NCBI GenBank assembly: GCA_013265495.1
Contig: MU061537.1
Span: 682,001-746,000, forward strand
Direction: 5' to 3'
Length of the DNA: 64,000 bases
DNA from: Vicugna vicugna
Taxonomy: Eukaryota
Below are positions 63,001 through 64,000 of the stretch, one piece after another; positions within the stretch are counted from its first letter, which is position 1, and the number at the start of each line of letters is the position of its first letter. A model generated the notes under the pieces. That model did no database searches, had not been told where the DNA came from, and worked only from the letters and a program-made list of their open reading frames with translations. The position numbers and the translations under genes are program-made.

Positions 63001-63969
63001 AGCACTGTCATTGCATCGTCCACATTCTGGGATAGAAAACGATGGACAGAGCAAATCAGCACGTCGTACATCTTAAGCTTACACAGTGTTATATGTCAAT
63101 TACATGGCAATAAAGCTGGGAAAAAAGAAAATGATGGCTATCCTAGCCTCTCCTCCCCCCACGCCACTCCCACCTCCAGAAAAGAAATCTAACCTTGTTG
63201 CTTTTCTTCCCCGGTTCCCTCACGAGCCACTGCATTCCTCCCTTGCATCAACCCTTCTTTATCTTATGTAAATAGACATACTGTCTAGGACAGAGGTACA
63301 CCCTCCCCCTCCTGCAGAAAGAAATCACAGTTCAAGGAACCCTCTCGAGAAGTGTCAGAAAGGCCCCTCTAACAGCCCGCCTGTCCCCTTATAAACCTGC
63401 AACCACTGCGTCCACAGACCTTTCACCTCACCTGCTGGAAATTAAGCTGAAGTCCCTCTGACTTCTCCTGGGGCTTGATGGACAGAAGGCAGTCTCCTGC
63501 AAGACAGGAATCCTTATCAACTTACCCCACCAATTGTCCCAAAAGCTGCTTCCTCTTCTCCTGGAGAGCAGGGATGTCACAGAACCACAGATTTTCAGAG
63601 CTACAAGGGGCCTTAGAATCTAACACAGACCTTTCATTTCTCTGAGGAAGAAACAGGCTCACAAAGGTGAAGGGCCCACCCAGGGTCACACGTGAAAGCC
63701 AAGGGCAGAACTGGGGTTACGACTCAGGACTCCTGACACCTTCACTTTTGCTTTTCATCCCCCAGCCCTGCAGAGAAGCCCCGTAGACCTTTACCTTCCC
63801 TGCCACAAAAGAGCCCCGAATGGGGGGGTTCCCTCAATATTCTGGATTTCTGGCTGAGTGGATAGCACTGGAACCTTTTGGGTAAGTCCTCTTCAAGGCC
63901 CAGTCACTCACCAAGGTGGGCCATGAGCTCATCTGATGTGATCACTTCCTTCTGAGGCGGCAGCTTCAC
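60040..63969 (-). CDS. MINDY1: Ubiquitin carboxyl-terminal hydrolase MINDY-1 (FAM63A), 5'-partial; last 8 coding exons
   Basis: complement(join(60040-60120,60433-60588,60928-61119,61929-62071,62430-62532,62868-63026,63432-63496,63912-63969)), GT-AG, in frame. Contains LATGLDVNVRF, LYHGWLVDPQ, FFRNNHF (catalytic His), LYLLVTDQGF, MIU motifs DYLIALSLQQ and SDLELAQQLQQEE; ends CVLL*. Confidence 0.96.
60240..60284. repeat. 15-bp tandem repeat x3 (CCCAGGGGAGAGGRA)
   Basis: Seen directly in the last MINDY1 intron. Confidence 0.9.
61635..61850 (+). mobile_element. Old MLT1-type LTR fragment
   Basis: 'catgagtgaaaaacaaatctt...taaaccacagagattttaggggtcatttgtcaccacagc' resembles an MLT1 3' end. Confidence 0.55.
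63050..63131 (+). mobile_element. Short L1 3'-terminal fragment
   Basis: 'gtacatcttaagcttacacagtgttatatgtcaattacatggcaataaagctggg' plus an A-rich tail. Confidence 0.75.
63575..63740 (-). mobile_element. MIR SINE
   Basis: 'cacagattttcagagct...ttcatttctctgaggaagaaacaggctc...cccagggtcacac...ggcagaactggg'. Confidence 0.7.
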
Positions 63970-64000
63970 CTGGGGGCAAGGAGTGATCAAAGTCAGCCAT

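Overview
Mammalian genomic DNA, probably camelid judging by its tRNA-derived SINE family. Gene order matches the human 1q21.3 block: CTXND2 (+, 55-aa micropeptide), SETDB1 (+, 21 coding exons, 1299 aa), CERS2 (-, 380 aa), ANXA9 (+, 345 aa) and the 3' part of MINDY1/FAM63A (-, running off the window end). L1, L2, MIR, MLT1, MER and SINE repeats are interspersed. I assembled all exon chains by hand from GT-AG boundaries; they keep frame. The most interesting signal is in the long ANXA9 intron (55854-58285): a degraded, near full-length endogenous bornavirus-like glycoprotein gene (EBLG, about 56393-57831). It is flanked by a P-like open frame upstream and a weaker M-like remnant downstream. This P-G-M order matches carbovirus/cultervirus rather than orthobornavirus. 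A MIR lies between the P-like and G-like parts, and a candidate in-frame microexon lies inside the G-like sequence. Also notable: a candidate poison microexon and an intronic poly(A) signal in SETDB1 intron 9. All comparisons to reference proteins and repeat consensi are from memory and by eye; no database search was run.
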